From: an uncultured Bdellovibrionales bacterium
GTDB lineage: Bacteria > Patescibacteriota > Minisyncoccia > Moranbacterales > DUUL01
DNA length: 53,879 nucleotides
Assembly: GCA_964643985.1 (NCBI GenBank)
Contig: CAZXUS010000003.1
Span: 1-53,879, forward strand
Reading direction: 5' to 3'
The notes beneath the pieces were generated by a model. That model saw only the letters and a list, made by a program, of their open reading frames with translations, searched no databases and had not been told where the DNA came from. Position numbers and translations under genes: made by a program. Shown here piece after piece: positions 26,105-34,826 of this stretch. Every line of letters starts with the position of its first letter. Positions within the stretch are counted from its first letter, which is position 1.

Positions 26105-29100
26105 GTGGCTGAAAAAAGCCCTATAAAAAATAATTCTCAAAAAGTGCATAAAAAGTTCACCCATTTACACGTTCATACTCATTACAGCCTGTTGGATGGC
26201 TTAGGAAAAATTGACGACTTATTGGAACGAGCTAAAGAATTTGGAATGGATTCAATGGCCATCACCGACCACGGAACAATGTATGGCGTTATTGAATTTT
26301 ATCAAAAAGCCAAAAAAGCGGGAATTAAACCAATTATTGGTTGCGAATTTTATTTAACTCCCAACAGTCTAGAAAGCAAAAAACCACGAATTGACGAAGA
26401 ACGTTTTCATTTAATTTTACTTGCTAAAAACAATCAGGGTTATCAAAATTTAATGAAACTCGTTACAATAGCTCATCTTGAAGGTTTTTATTACAAACCT
26501 AGAATTGACCTCAGAGTTTTGAGAAAATACGCCGAAGGTCTAATCGGTTGTAGTGGTTGCGTTCAAGGCCAAATATCACAACTGGTCATTGGAAATAAAA
26601 TGAAAGAAGCCACTGAAAAAGCCTTGGAATATCAAGAAATTCTTGGCAAAGGAAACTACTATTTAGAGCTTCAACATCTTCCTCAATTAGAAAAACAGAA
26701 CATCGCTAATAAGGGTCTAAAAGAAATTTCCAAAAAAACCGGTATTCCTTTAGTGGCCACCGCTGACGTTCACTATGTCAACGAAGATGATGCTCACGTT
26801 CAAGATATTTTAATGTGTCTTCAAACTGGAAAGAAAATTAACGACACCAATCGCTTTTCGATGAAAGAATTCAAGCTTTATTTACGAAGCCCAGAAGAAA
26901 TGCACGAACTTTTCAAAGACACCCCTGAAGCTTTGGAAAATACCCGAAAAATCGCAGAAAGGTGCAATGTTGAAATTGAATTTGGTAATCATAAATTACC
27001 TAATTATGAAGTTCCCAAAGGCTTTACTCCCCAATCTTATTTAAGAAAACTTTGCGAAGATGGTTTACCAGAACGTTATGGTAAAAAAATCACCAAAGAA
27101 CATCTAGAACGACTGGACTTTGAATTAGGAGTTATTAAAAAAATGGGCTTTGCTGGTTATTTTTTGATTGTTCAAGATTTTGTTAATTGGGCCAAAAATA
27201 ACGGAATTATTGTTGGACCTGGTCGAGGAAGTGCCGCTGGAAGTATTATCGCCTATTTAACTGGCATTACCAATATTGATCCCATTGAATTTAAACTATT
27301 ATTCGAGCGTTTTTTAAACCCCGACCGGATTTCTCTACCTGATATCGATTTGGATTTTCCGGATGACCGACGAGATGATGTTTTGGCTTACGTTCGAGAT
27401 ACTTTCGGTCACGATCACGTCGCCCAAATTATCACTTTCGGAACCATGGCAGCCAAAGCAGCCATTCGAGATGCCGGAAGAGTTTTAGATTTTGAATATT
27501 CTTATTGCGACAAACTTTCTAAAATGGTGCCAGCCTTCACTGGATTAAAAGACGCTCTTGAAAATACCGCCGAACTAAAAAATGAATACAAAAATAATGA
27601 AGACGCTCGTCAAATCCTAGACGCTGCCGTTCGTCTAGAAGGCGTTGCTCGCCACGCTTCAGTTCACGCCTGTGGAGTGGTTATCACCCCCGAACCAGTC
27701 GTTGAATACACACCCCTTCAATATATGACCGGCAAAGAAGATCAGGGCATGGTGACTCAATACAATGCTTCTTCCAGATCTTCTTATGTTGAAAAAATTG
27801 GTTTAGTTAAAATGGATTTTCTAGGACTAAAAAATCTAACTATTATTCAAAACGCACTCAGCATCATCAAAAAAACGACTGGAGACATTGTCGACATCGA
27901 TACTCTTCCGCTAACCGATAAAAAAACTTTTAAACTTTTACAAAACGGAGACACCACCGGTGTTTTTCAATTAGAATCTTCCGGGATGAAACGTTATCTA
28001 AAAAAACTCAAGCCCACTGTTTTTGAAGATATTATCGCAATGGTAGCCCTTTATCGACCGGGTCCGATGGAATGGATTCCAGATTTTATTGGAGGAAAAC
28101 ACGGAACTAAAAAAGTAGAATATCTTCATCCAAAATTAAAACCAATTCTAGAAAACACTTACGGAGTAGCGGTTTACCAAGAGCAAGTAATGCAAATTTC
28201 TCGAGAATTAGCCGGCTTTACTCCGGGCGAAGCAGATGTTCTGCGAAAAGCGATGGGTAAAAAAATTCACGAAATGATTCAAGAACAAAAAAAGAAATTT
28301 ATTGAAGGCTGTGTTGCAAATAAAATCAACGCCAAATTAGCCGAAAAAGTTTTTTCTTTCATTGAGCCTTTCGCTGGCTACGGATTTAATCGTTCTCACG
28401 CCGCTTGCTACGCTTTAATAGGTTATCAGACTGCTTACCTCAAAGCACACTACCCGGCTCAATTTATGGCCGCCCTGCTTAATTCTGATAAAGACGACAT
28501 TGACCGAATTGCAATTGAAATTGAAGAATCTCGTCAAATGGGAATTGAAGTTTTAGCGCCCAATATCAACGAAAGTTTTAATGCTTTCGCGGTGATTATG
28601 AACAACCTGGAAGAAGTGGAGAAAATCAGAGCCAAGGCCAAATCTAAGAAAAAAACTCTGCCTAAAATTCGCTTTGGATTAGAAGCCATCAAAGGTGTTG
28701 GCACCAACATTGCCACCGAAATTATTAAAGAACGTCAAAAAAATGGCCCTTTCAAAGATATAATAGAAATCGTCGAAAGAGTTCAATGTCGAGATTTAAA
28801 TAAAAAATCGCTAGAAGCTATGGGAAAATCAGGCGCTTTAGACGATTTAACCGAAAGAAATCACTTAATTCAAAATATGGAAGCAATCCTGAGCTATTCT
28901 AAGCAATATCAGAAAACCGTCGCTTCTGGACAAACTTCCCTATTTGGAATAGTTGGCGAAAATCAACCCGAATTAGAAATCCCCAAAATATCGCTTCAAA
29001 CTGTCGATCCGGCTTCCGACCGAGTCCGACTTTCCTGGGAAAAAGAACTTCTAGGCCTTTACATTTCCGATCATCCATTAAGAAATTATCAAGACTACTT

Positions 29101-29722
29101 CTCTGCTCACGCTATTCCCATTCGAAATCTTCATAACGGCTTAATCAACCAGACTATTGTTCTGGGAGGAATTATTACTAAAGTTCAAAAAATTTACACT
29201 CGAAAAAATAAATTAATGATGTTCAATACTATTGAAGATGGAATTGGAAAAATGGAAATTTTAGTTTTCCCCAAAACTCTAGAAAAAGATCCTGAAATTT
29301 GGCAAGAAGAAAAAATTGTTTTGATTAAAGGAAAATTATCCGATAAAGACGGCGAATACAAACTCTTGTGTGAAGAAGTTAATCTAGTAGACGAAGCCGA
29401 ACTTCAAACATTCAAAAAAGAAGGCAAGAAGGAAGGCTTTGGAGTTAATTCCTCATTTAATAATGAGATAGGGAATAATCAAATAAAAACTGAAAAAACT
29501 CACGACATCACCGTCCACATCACTAAAAATCAAGCTCAAGAAAAACTTAGTGCTATTTCTAAATTATTAAAAAATGTCACCAGCGGAAATAGCAAAATTT
29601 TTATTACCACCGAAGGCCGAGCCGGAAAATTAGAAATTCCGCAAAAAATAGGCTACAGTAAAGAAATAGTGGCCCAATTAACAAAAATTGTTGGAAAAGA
29701 AAATGTCAAAGTTTCTGATTAA
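26105..29722 (+). CDS. dnaE: DNA polymerase III alpha subunit
   Basis: PHP domain start HLHVHTHYSLLDG, polymerase core, OB fold. 1205 aa. GTG start per the track. Confidence 0.95.
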   Translation: MAEKSPIKNNSQKVHKKFTHLHVHTHYSLLDGLGKIDDLLERAKEFGMDSMAITDHGTMYGVIEFYQKAKKAGIKPIIGCEFYLTPNSLESKKPRIDEERFHLILLAKNNQGYQNLMKLVTIAHLEGFYYKPRIDLRVLRKYAEGLIGCSGCVQGQISQLVIGNKMKEATEKALEYQEILGKGNYYLELQHLPQLEKQNIANKGLKEISKKTGIPLVATADVHYVNEDDAHVQDILMCLQTGKKINDTNRFSMKEFKLYLRSPEEMHELFKDTPEALENTRKIAERCNVEIEFGNHKLPNYEVPKGFTPQSYLRKLCEDGLPERYGKKITKEHLERLDFELGVIKKMGFAGYFLIVQDFVNWAKNNGIIVGPGRGSAAGSIIAYLTGITNIDPIEFKLLFERFLNPDRISLPDIDLDFPDDRRDDVLAYVRDTFGHDHVAQIITFGTMAAKAAIRDAGRVLDFEYSYCDKLSKMVPAFTGLKDALENTAELKNEYKNNEDARQILDAAVRLEGVARHASVHACGVVITPEPVVEYTPLQYMTGKEDQGMVTQYNASSRSSYVEKIGLVKMDFLGLKNLTIIQNALSIIKKTTGDIVDIDTLPLTDKKTFKLLQNGDTTGVFQLESSGMKRYLKKLKPTVFEDIIAMVALYRPGPMEWIPDFIGGKHGTKKVEYLHPKLKPILENTYGVAVYQEQVMQISRELAGFTPGEADVLRKAMGKKIHEMIQEQKKKFIEGCVANKINAKLAEKVFSFIEPFAGYGFNRSHAACYALIGYQTAYLKAHYPAQFMAALLNSDKDDIDRIAIEIEESRQMGIEVLAPNINESFNAFAVIMNNLEEVEKIRAKAKSKKKTLPKIRFGLEAIKGVGTNIATEIIKERQKNGPFKDIIEIVERVQCRDLNKKSLEAMGKSGALDDLTERNHLIQNMEAILSYSKQYQKTVASGQTSLFGIVGENQPELEIPKISLQTVDPASDRVRLSWEKELLGLYISDHPLRNYQDYFSAHAIPIRNLHNGLINQTIVLGGIITKVQKIYTRKNKLMMFNTIEDGIGKMEILVFPKTLEKDPEIWQEEKIVLIKGKLSDKDGEYKLLCEEVNLVDEAELQTFKKEGKKEGFGVNSSFNNEIGNNQIKTEKTHDITVHITKNQAQEKLSAISKLLKNVTSGNSKIFITTEGRAGKLEIPQKIGYSKEIVAQLTKIVGKENVKVSD

Positions 29723-29759
29723 TGGAACTATTTCCAATCTCCATTTTTAAAAATAAATT

Positions 29760-30272
29760 ATGTCAGAAGAATTAAAAATCATCGACAACATTCGCAAGCA
29801 AGGCTTTCGCCCTCAAGTAGTAGGCTGTTTTATTTATAATAGTAAAATTTTATTTCTATACAAAAAAGAACATAATCTTTGGCAATTTCCTCAAGGCGGA
29901 ATCGAAAACGAAGAAACTATTCAACAAGCGCTCAAGAGAGAGATGACCGAAGAGTTAGGAAAAGATTTTATCAATAATTGTGATTTATCCAATCCCTTGA
30001 TTTTTAACGAGCAACAACTAAAATTCCCCTCTAGTTCCAAGGGTTTTCGAGAACTAAAAACAGATCTTGAAGAAAAAATTAAAATGAAAGGCAAACGTTA
30101 TTTCTTTATAAAAATCCCAACCAATAAAACCAAAATTAAAATCAACCAAACTGAATTTGACGACTATCAATGGCTAACTTTTGCCGAAGCTTCGTCAAAA
30201 GCTAAGGAGATTTACCAAAAAGGAAAAAGACAACTCACCCTAAAAGCTATTGAATCTTTAAAAAACAGCTAA
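29760..30272 (+). CDS. NUDIX hydrolase
   Basis: NUDIX box GGIENEETIQQALKREMTEELG. Confidence 0.85.
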   Translation: MSEELKIIDNIRKQGFRPQVVGCFIYNSKILFLYKKEHNLWQFPQGGIENEETIQQALKREMTEELGKDFINNCDLSNPLIFNEQQLKFPSSSKGFRELKTDLEEKIKMKGKRYFFIKIPTNKTKIKINQTEFDDYQWLTFAEASSKAKEIYQKGKRQLTLKAIESLKNS

Positions 30273-30295
30273 TCCAAAATTTATAAATCAAAAAA

Positions 30296-30329
30296 CCACG
30301 CTGATTAATAATCAGTACGTGGCATTTTA
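30296..30329. terminator. Hairpin terminator between convergent genes
   Basis: CCACG-CTGATTAATAATCAG-TA-CGTGG followed by CATTTTAATT. Confidence 0.55.
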
Positions 30330-30425
30330 ATTCTTTCGATAAAAAAATTAAATTGATAATTCCTCGGTAATAACTTCCACTAAAGAATTATTGACATCTT
30401 TATTGGACATTGAAATTTCAAAAAA

Positions 30426-30854
30426 TTATTCTTTACTAAAATTCCAAGCTTCCTGCTTTCCAGTTTCTTTCAAAATTGGTTTCTCTATAAGACCTCCTTG
30501 TTTCATCGCCAAAATCAATTCAACTGCTCTAGAATGAGTTCCCTGAGACCACTTAACTGAATCAGTCGCCAAATTAATTAAAGCTTTTTCAAATTGAATT
30601 TTCAAATTTGATTCCCAGACCATTATTGATTTAAGAAGAAAAGAAAAAATCTTGAGAATCACACCATCAAGAGAAATTTTATTTTTGCTATTATAATAGA
30701 AAGAATTCTCTTTGTTTTCGTTAAAAAAAAGAATACTTTTAAAATCTTCCTGCTGAGAATATAAGATAATGTCCAAACAAATATAAAATTCATTCTCCAA
30801 AAGTTTTTCAGTAAGTAAAAAAACTCGCTTCCTTAAATTTTCCCGATCCGCCAC
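30426..30854 (-). CDS. Hypothetical protein
   Basis: 142 aa. GTG start preceded by GGGAGG. No motif recognised. Confidence 0.4.
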   Translation of the reverse strand: MADRENLRKRVFLLTEKLLENEFYICLDIILYSQQEDFKSILFFNENKENSFYYNSKNKISLDGVILKIFSFLLKSIMVWESNLKIQFEKALINLATDSVKWSQGTHSRAVELILAMKQGGLIEKPILKETGKQEAWNFSKE

Positions 30855-30940
30855 TTTATACCTCCCAATATAAAATATTTAAAAACATCCTATCTATGAA
30901 TACCACAAAACAAGCCTTGAAGCAAGGTTTAATTGTTTTT

Positions 30941-31228
30941 TTAAAAACTAAAAAAGTTTAAAATAAAATATATAAAAGAAATATTTTGAATTATTAACAA
31001 CGGAATTCCAACAATAAAATACCATTTTTGCGTTTTGTGACGAAAAGCAAACATCCCCGCATAGACTCCAACACTCCCAAAAAAAGTTGCCATAAAAAAT
31101 AACAATCCCTCCGAAATTCTTTTATTATTCCTATTCCTTGAACGATTTTTATCCCAAAACATTATCAAAAACGCCATCAGATTAATCCCACCAAAAAATC
31201 CCAAAACAACATACGATCCTAATTCCAT
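30941..31228 (-). CDS. DUF1294 family membrane protein
   Basis: ..FWDKNRSRNRNNKRISEGLLFFMATFFGSVGVYAGMFAFRHKTQKWYF.. matches the DUF1294 pattern as I recall it. Confidence 0.6.
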   Translation of the reverse strand: MELGSYVVLGFFGGINLMAFLIMFWDKNRSRNRNNKRISEGLLFFMATFFGSVGVYAGMFAFRHKTQKWYFIVGIPLLIIQNISFIYFILNFFSF

Positions 31229-31391
31229 ATTAATTATTTATTTTTAAATTTTTTATAAACGCCTTTTTCAATCACGATTCATTATCACCCATCTAAATCT
31301 CACTGTCTATCCTCCGCAATTTATTTTTCCAAAAAATAATAGCCCCGCAGTGTTAGTCCGCAAGGCTATCAAATATTCTTTTACTAAAAAA

Positions 31392-32087
31392 TCATTCAAT
31401 CGAGACTTTTCCATTTATAGAAATTTTGATTGTCTGATCTTTAATTAGTATTTTAAAAGATTTCTTGAGAACAAAAGCTTCTTCCCTCCCCCCAACAACA
31501 AAAAAAGCTACCGTTTCTTTTTCACGGCTCCCATTGAACCCTATTCTCAAATCATAAATTTTCTTCAATCTAGCCAAAGGAAATTTTCCCGATTCAGAAT
31601 CAATTCGATAATTACAATTCATTTTTCGAGGTTCTTTGAGTTTTTTCATAAAACCCCTTACCGCAAATATCCTTCTACTCTGAGACATTATCGCGGAAAT
31701 ACTTTTTCTCAGTCTCGTCTCATCAACCTCCCCATTTAACCAGTAGGCTTTTCTTATTAATTCCGGAAAACGATTCTTGATGGCCTCTTTCAACCAACCG
31801 ACTTGAAAAAGCCACTTTCCATCCCGGAAAGCTTCTTCTTTGGAAATAACTCCTTTTTGAAAAAGCAATTCAGCATTTTTATGCCAATTGCAAAGAACAA
31901 TTAGAATAGCCTGAGTCAAAGAGGTTGGTTTTTCTTCAAAAGCAACAATCTCTTTCGAAATATCAGAAATTTCTTCCTCAATATTTGCTCCAAATATTTT
32001 CGGCTTTTTCATATTCCTGGTCAATTTTTTCAGCAAGTTCTTCATTTCTGGCGACATCCCGGTTTTAGCTCCGCTTGATTCCAACAT
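31392..32087 (-). CDS. Hypothetical protein (start moved to the internal ATG)
   Basis: The track ORF 31392..32192 overlaps the upstream 63-aa ORF by 92 nt. An internal ATG at 32087 (MLESSGAKTG..) follows GGGAG by 8 nt and lies 13 nt after the upstream stop. Confidence 0.4.
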   Translation of the reverse strand: MLESSGAKTGMSPEMKNLLKKLTRNMKKPKIFGANIEEEISDISKEIVAFEEKPTSLTQAILIVLCNWHKNAELLFQKGVISKEEAFRDGKWLFQVGWLKEAIKNRFPELIRKAYWLNGEVDETRLRKSISAIMSQSRRIFAVRGFMKKLKEPRKMNCNYRIDSESGKFPLARLKKIYDLRIGFNGSREKETVAFFVVGGREEAFVLKKSFKILIKDQTIKISINGKVSIE

Positions 32088-32100
32088 CGACTTTTCTCCC

Positions 32101-32292
32101 TTATTTTTTGTTAAAATTTCTTCTTCTCCTAATAACATTTTCAGAAACCTTAACATAATTCTCGGAAATATTAGTGTTAATCCTTCTTCCAATATTTTCA
32201 GTTCCGATCATTTGTCCCCAGAGTTTTTCCAATCTTTCTCTCTTTTCTCCGCTCAATTCAGTTCTGCTTCCAACTACATCCCAATTCGACAT
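32101..32292 (-). CDS. Hypothetical small protein (63 aa)
   Basis: Strong SD (GGGAGGAAG) lies 7 nt upstream of the ATG at 32292. Confidence 0.4.
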   Translation of the reverse strand: MSNWDVVGSRTELSGEKRERLEKLWGQMIGTENIGRRINTNISENYVKVSENVIRRRRNFNKK

Positions 32293-32492
32293 TCTACTTC
32301 CTCCCCTTTTTCTTTTTTAGATTTTCAAATAACTACTCCTCTGCTACAAAACACCAAAAAACTATACCACACAATTTTAAGTTTGTAAATACCACACTTA
32401 TAAAAAACAAAATTAACTATTTTTCACTTAAAAATTGAACTTTATTTAAAAATTACCCGCCTACCAGTAGAAAAGCAAAATTAAAAATTGTC

Positions 32493-33467
32493 TTATATCC
32501 ACCCAAAAAGCTTGCCAATATAAAAAACATAAAAAATCAACAGAAAAACTCCTTCCCATTTTTTGATCTTTTGGTCTCGTACTACGAATACATACATAAA
32601 AGTCGCGGCCACCATCATTGGAATTCCAAAAAATAAAATGTTTTCTGGAATTATCAAAGTGCCCACCATCGCTGAAATCCCCATTACGGCAAAAGCGTTG
32701 AAAACATTAGAACCCAAAATATTCCCTACTGCTATTTCAATATTACCTTTTCGAGCCGCTGCCAAACTAACTGCTAATTCTGGCAACGATGTCCCCAAAG
32801 CCACCACACTAGCCGCGATAATTTCTGTTCCAATCTGAATTAAATTTGAAAAATAAACCACCGATTCAATTGTGTACTTAGCCCCTAAAAAGATAAAAAT
32901 TGAACTACCGATTAAAACCAACAAGCTTCCGCCAGGAAATTTATTAATTTTTTCAACCTCCAAGTCTTCTTCAATATCAGATTTCATTTCTAATTTCTCT
33001 ATCCAATTCCCGTGTTTAGAAAAAACAGTATGATATAAAAATAAAAACAATCCCAAAACACATAAAACTCCTTCAAAAAAAGTAAACTCCCTGTCCATCA
33101 TGGCAATAATAATCAAAAGGGTTGATCCTAAAAGAGCCAATAAATCAGTCCCCACTACTTTTTGACTAAACTTTCTTTTAGTCGAAACAATCGCCACTAT
33201 TCCCAGAACCAAAAAAATATTCGTAATATTTGAACCAATCACATTCCCCGCTACAATCTCTGAATGATTTTTCAAAACTGCCAACACCGAAGAAACCAAT
33301 TCAGGCAAAGACGTTCCTAAAGCCACAATCGTCACGCCGATCACAAAAGCCGGCAATTTAAAAAACATTCCAATCTTTTCCGCTGATTCAGTAAAATAAT
33401 CCGAAGCTTTCATCAAAATCGCCAAACTAATCACAAAAATTCCACCCCACAAAACTATTTCCGACAT
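32493..33467 (-). CDS. Ca2+/Na+ antiporter (CaCA family, YrbG-like)
   Basis: Two alpha-repeats: GNVIGSNITNIFLVLG and GNILGSNVFNAFAVMG. Confidence 0.8.
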   Translation of the reverse strand: MSEIVLWGGIFVISLAILMKASDYFTESAEKIGMFFKLPAFVIGVTIVALGTSLPELVSSVLAVLKNHSEIVAGNVIGSNITNIFLVLGIVAIVSTKRKFSQKVVGTDLLALLGSTLLIIIAMMDREFTFFEGVLCVLGLFLFLYHTVFSKHGNWIEKLEMKSDIEEDLEVEKINKFPGGSLLVLIGSSIFIFLGAKYTIESVVYFSNLIQIGTEIIAASVVALGTSLPELAVSLAAARKGNIEIAVGNILGSNVFNAFAVMGISAMVGTLIIPENILFFGIPMMVAATFMYVFVVRDQKIKKWEGVFLLIFYVFYIGKLFGWI

Positions 33468-33482
33468 ACTTTTTATTAAAGT

Positions 33483-34064
33483 TTAGAAAAACCAAATTCT
33501 GGCTAAATAGTCGCCAAAATTGGTTATTATAATCGAATAAATGATAAATCCCAGCGAAGAAAAAAGAAAAAATTTCTTGATTTTAATATGTGATAAGCCA
33601 AAGGCCGCCGTAATTATATCAATCGGCAAAATCGGCAAAAAATAAAAAACCAACAAATAATTTTCGTGACGAGTAATGGCTTTACAATAACGCTCTAAAC
33701 GGTCTTTTCGAATAAACTTGGCCACCAAAAATTTCCCATATCTTCGAGCCAAGAAAAAAACGATCAAAGTCCCAATAATATTACCGATATAATTATAGAC
33801 AGAACCCCAAATCGGACCGAAAATAAAGCCGGCACTAATAGCCGGAACAAACCCTGGGATCGGCGCTACCACCACTTCCAAAACAATCACACCAATAATA
33901 ATAACCGGTCCCCAAACTCCAAAATTATTGATAAAAATCTGAAAAGATTCTTTATCGCCGAATAACCCTAACTGATCTTTTTCAACAAAAGCCCACAAAA
34001 TTGCCAAAAGCAAAACCATTCCCACTGCAAAATCATATCTATATTTATGAATTCTTTTTCTCAA
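33483..34064 (-). CDS. TVP38/TMEM64 (DedA-superfamily) membrane protein
   Basis: ..VVAPIPGFVPAISAGFIFGPIWGSVYNYIGNIIGTLIVFFLARRYG.. Confidence 0.7.
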   Translation of the reverse strand: MRKRIHKYRYDFAVGMVLLLAILWAFVEKDQLGLFGDKESFQIFINNFGVWGPVIIIGVIVLEVVVAPIPGFVPAISAGFIFGPIWGSVYNYIGNIIGTLIVFFLARRYGKFLVAKFIRKDRLERYCKAITRHENYLLVFYFLPILPIDIITAAFGLSHIKIKKFFLFSSLGFIIYSIIITNFGDYLARIWFF

Positions 34065-34090
34065 TTTTATATTATTTTAAGATTTATTAA

Positions 34091-34251
34091 GGGGCTATTT
34101 CCAATCACAATTTTGTTACGAAATTTTTCAATTTTGAGATAAATTATTTAAAAATTTTTGAAGCTTTAATGATAATTAAGGCAAAACAATTTTTAGATAA
34201 TTTATCTCAAAATTGAAAAATTGCAGTAAGAATGGTGACTGGAAACAGTCC
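34091..34251. mobile_element. MITE-like element, family D, copy 2
   Basis: GGGGCTATTTCCAATCAC ... GTGACTGGAAACAGTCC terminal inverted repeats. The internal hairpin is shared with the other copies. Confidence 0.7.
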
Positions 34252-34305
34252 TATTGAACTATTAAATTAATTCTAACACTATACCAAGTTGAAAACAATT
34301 AAGCC

Positions 34306-34333
34306 TTGACAATTTATCCATTCATTCTAAAAT
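34306..34333 (+). promoter_or_regulatory. Promoter of the thrS leader (TTGACA-16-TAAAAT)
   Basis: TTGACA at 34306-34311 and TAAAAT at 34328-34333. Confidence 0.6.
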
Positions 34334-34475
34334 ATCATTAGTACTTGTGGCGATTGGCGTATCCACCAAATACGCATCTTTTAAAAGATTGAGAGATTAT
34401 TCTCCGCTAAACCAAGCAAATTTTAAAGAGTCTTAGTTTTAAAAACTAGGGAATCTAAGTGGAACCGCGATAAAA

Positions 34476-34638
34476 GGGACTGTTTTCAAACATTGTTTTG
34501 TTGTGAAAAGCTAGAATTTTAAGATAAATTTTTCAAATAATTTTTGCAGGACTAGCAAATCGCTAATTCAAAAAAATTTTTGAAAAATTTAGCTAAAATT
34601 ATAGTTTTGCAACAAAAAGAATGTTTGGTAATAGTCCC
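34476..34638. mobile_element. MITE-like element, family D, copy 3, inside the T-box antiterminator loop
   Basis: GGGACTGTTTTCAAACATT ... AATGTTTGGTAATAGTCCC. Confidence 0.7.
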
Positions 34639-34642
34639 AAAT

Positions 34643-34697
34643 AAACCTCGTCTTAGAAATTGTTCAATTTTTGAACTATTTTTGAGATGAGGTTTTT
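34643..34697 (+). terminator. T-box leader terminator
   Basis: AAACCTCGTCTTAGAAA pairs with TTTGAGATGAGGTTT (three G-U pairs on the + strand only), with an inner GTTCAA/TTGAAC helix and a T-run. Confidence 0.8.
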
Positions 34698-34710
34698 ATG
34701 TTTAAAAAAA

Positions 34711-34790
34711 ATCATCGATCACCAGTCATCGGCTATCGGCAACTGTTTAGAATAGCGCTCGATAACCAATTACTGATTACTGATGACCAG
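34711..34790. repeat. Family G imperfect palindrome (..GATCACCAGTCATCGG .. ACTGATTACTGATGACCAG)
   Basis: Shares an exact 16-mer (GTCATCAGTAATCAGT, reverse complement of 34772-34787) with 47770-47785. Confidence 0.75.
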
Positions 34791-34826
34791 ATTTATAAAT
34801 AATTTTTAATAAATTAATATATCTTT

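Larger units (their letters stand above)
34340..34697 (+). promoter_or_regulatory. T-box riboswitch leader of thrS (Thr specifier ACC), interrupted by a MITE-like insertion
   Basis: T-box sequence AAUCUAAGUGGAACCGCG (34451-34469). The antiterminator A1 UCUAAG/CUUAGA, bulge UGGAACC and A2 GCG/CGU compete with the terminator at 34643-34697. ACC codons sit in loops at 34365-67 and 34411-13. Confidence 0.7.

Noticed and set aside
31392-32292. The overlapping ORFs 32101..32292 and 31392..32192 as one frameshifted gene.
   Set aside because: An internal ATG at 32087 with its own GGGAG SD lies 13 nt after the upstream stop. This gives two ordinary adjacent genes without invoking a frameshift. The overlapping N-terminal extension has no support.
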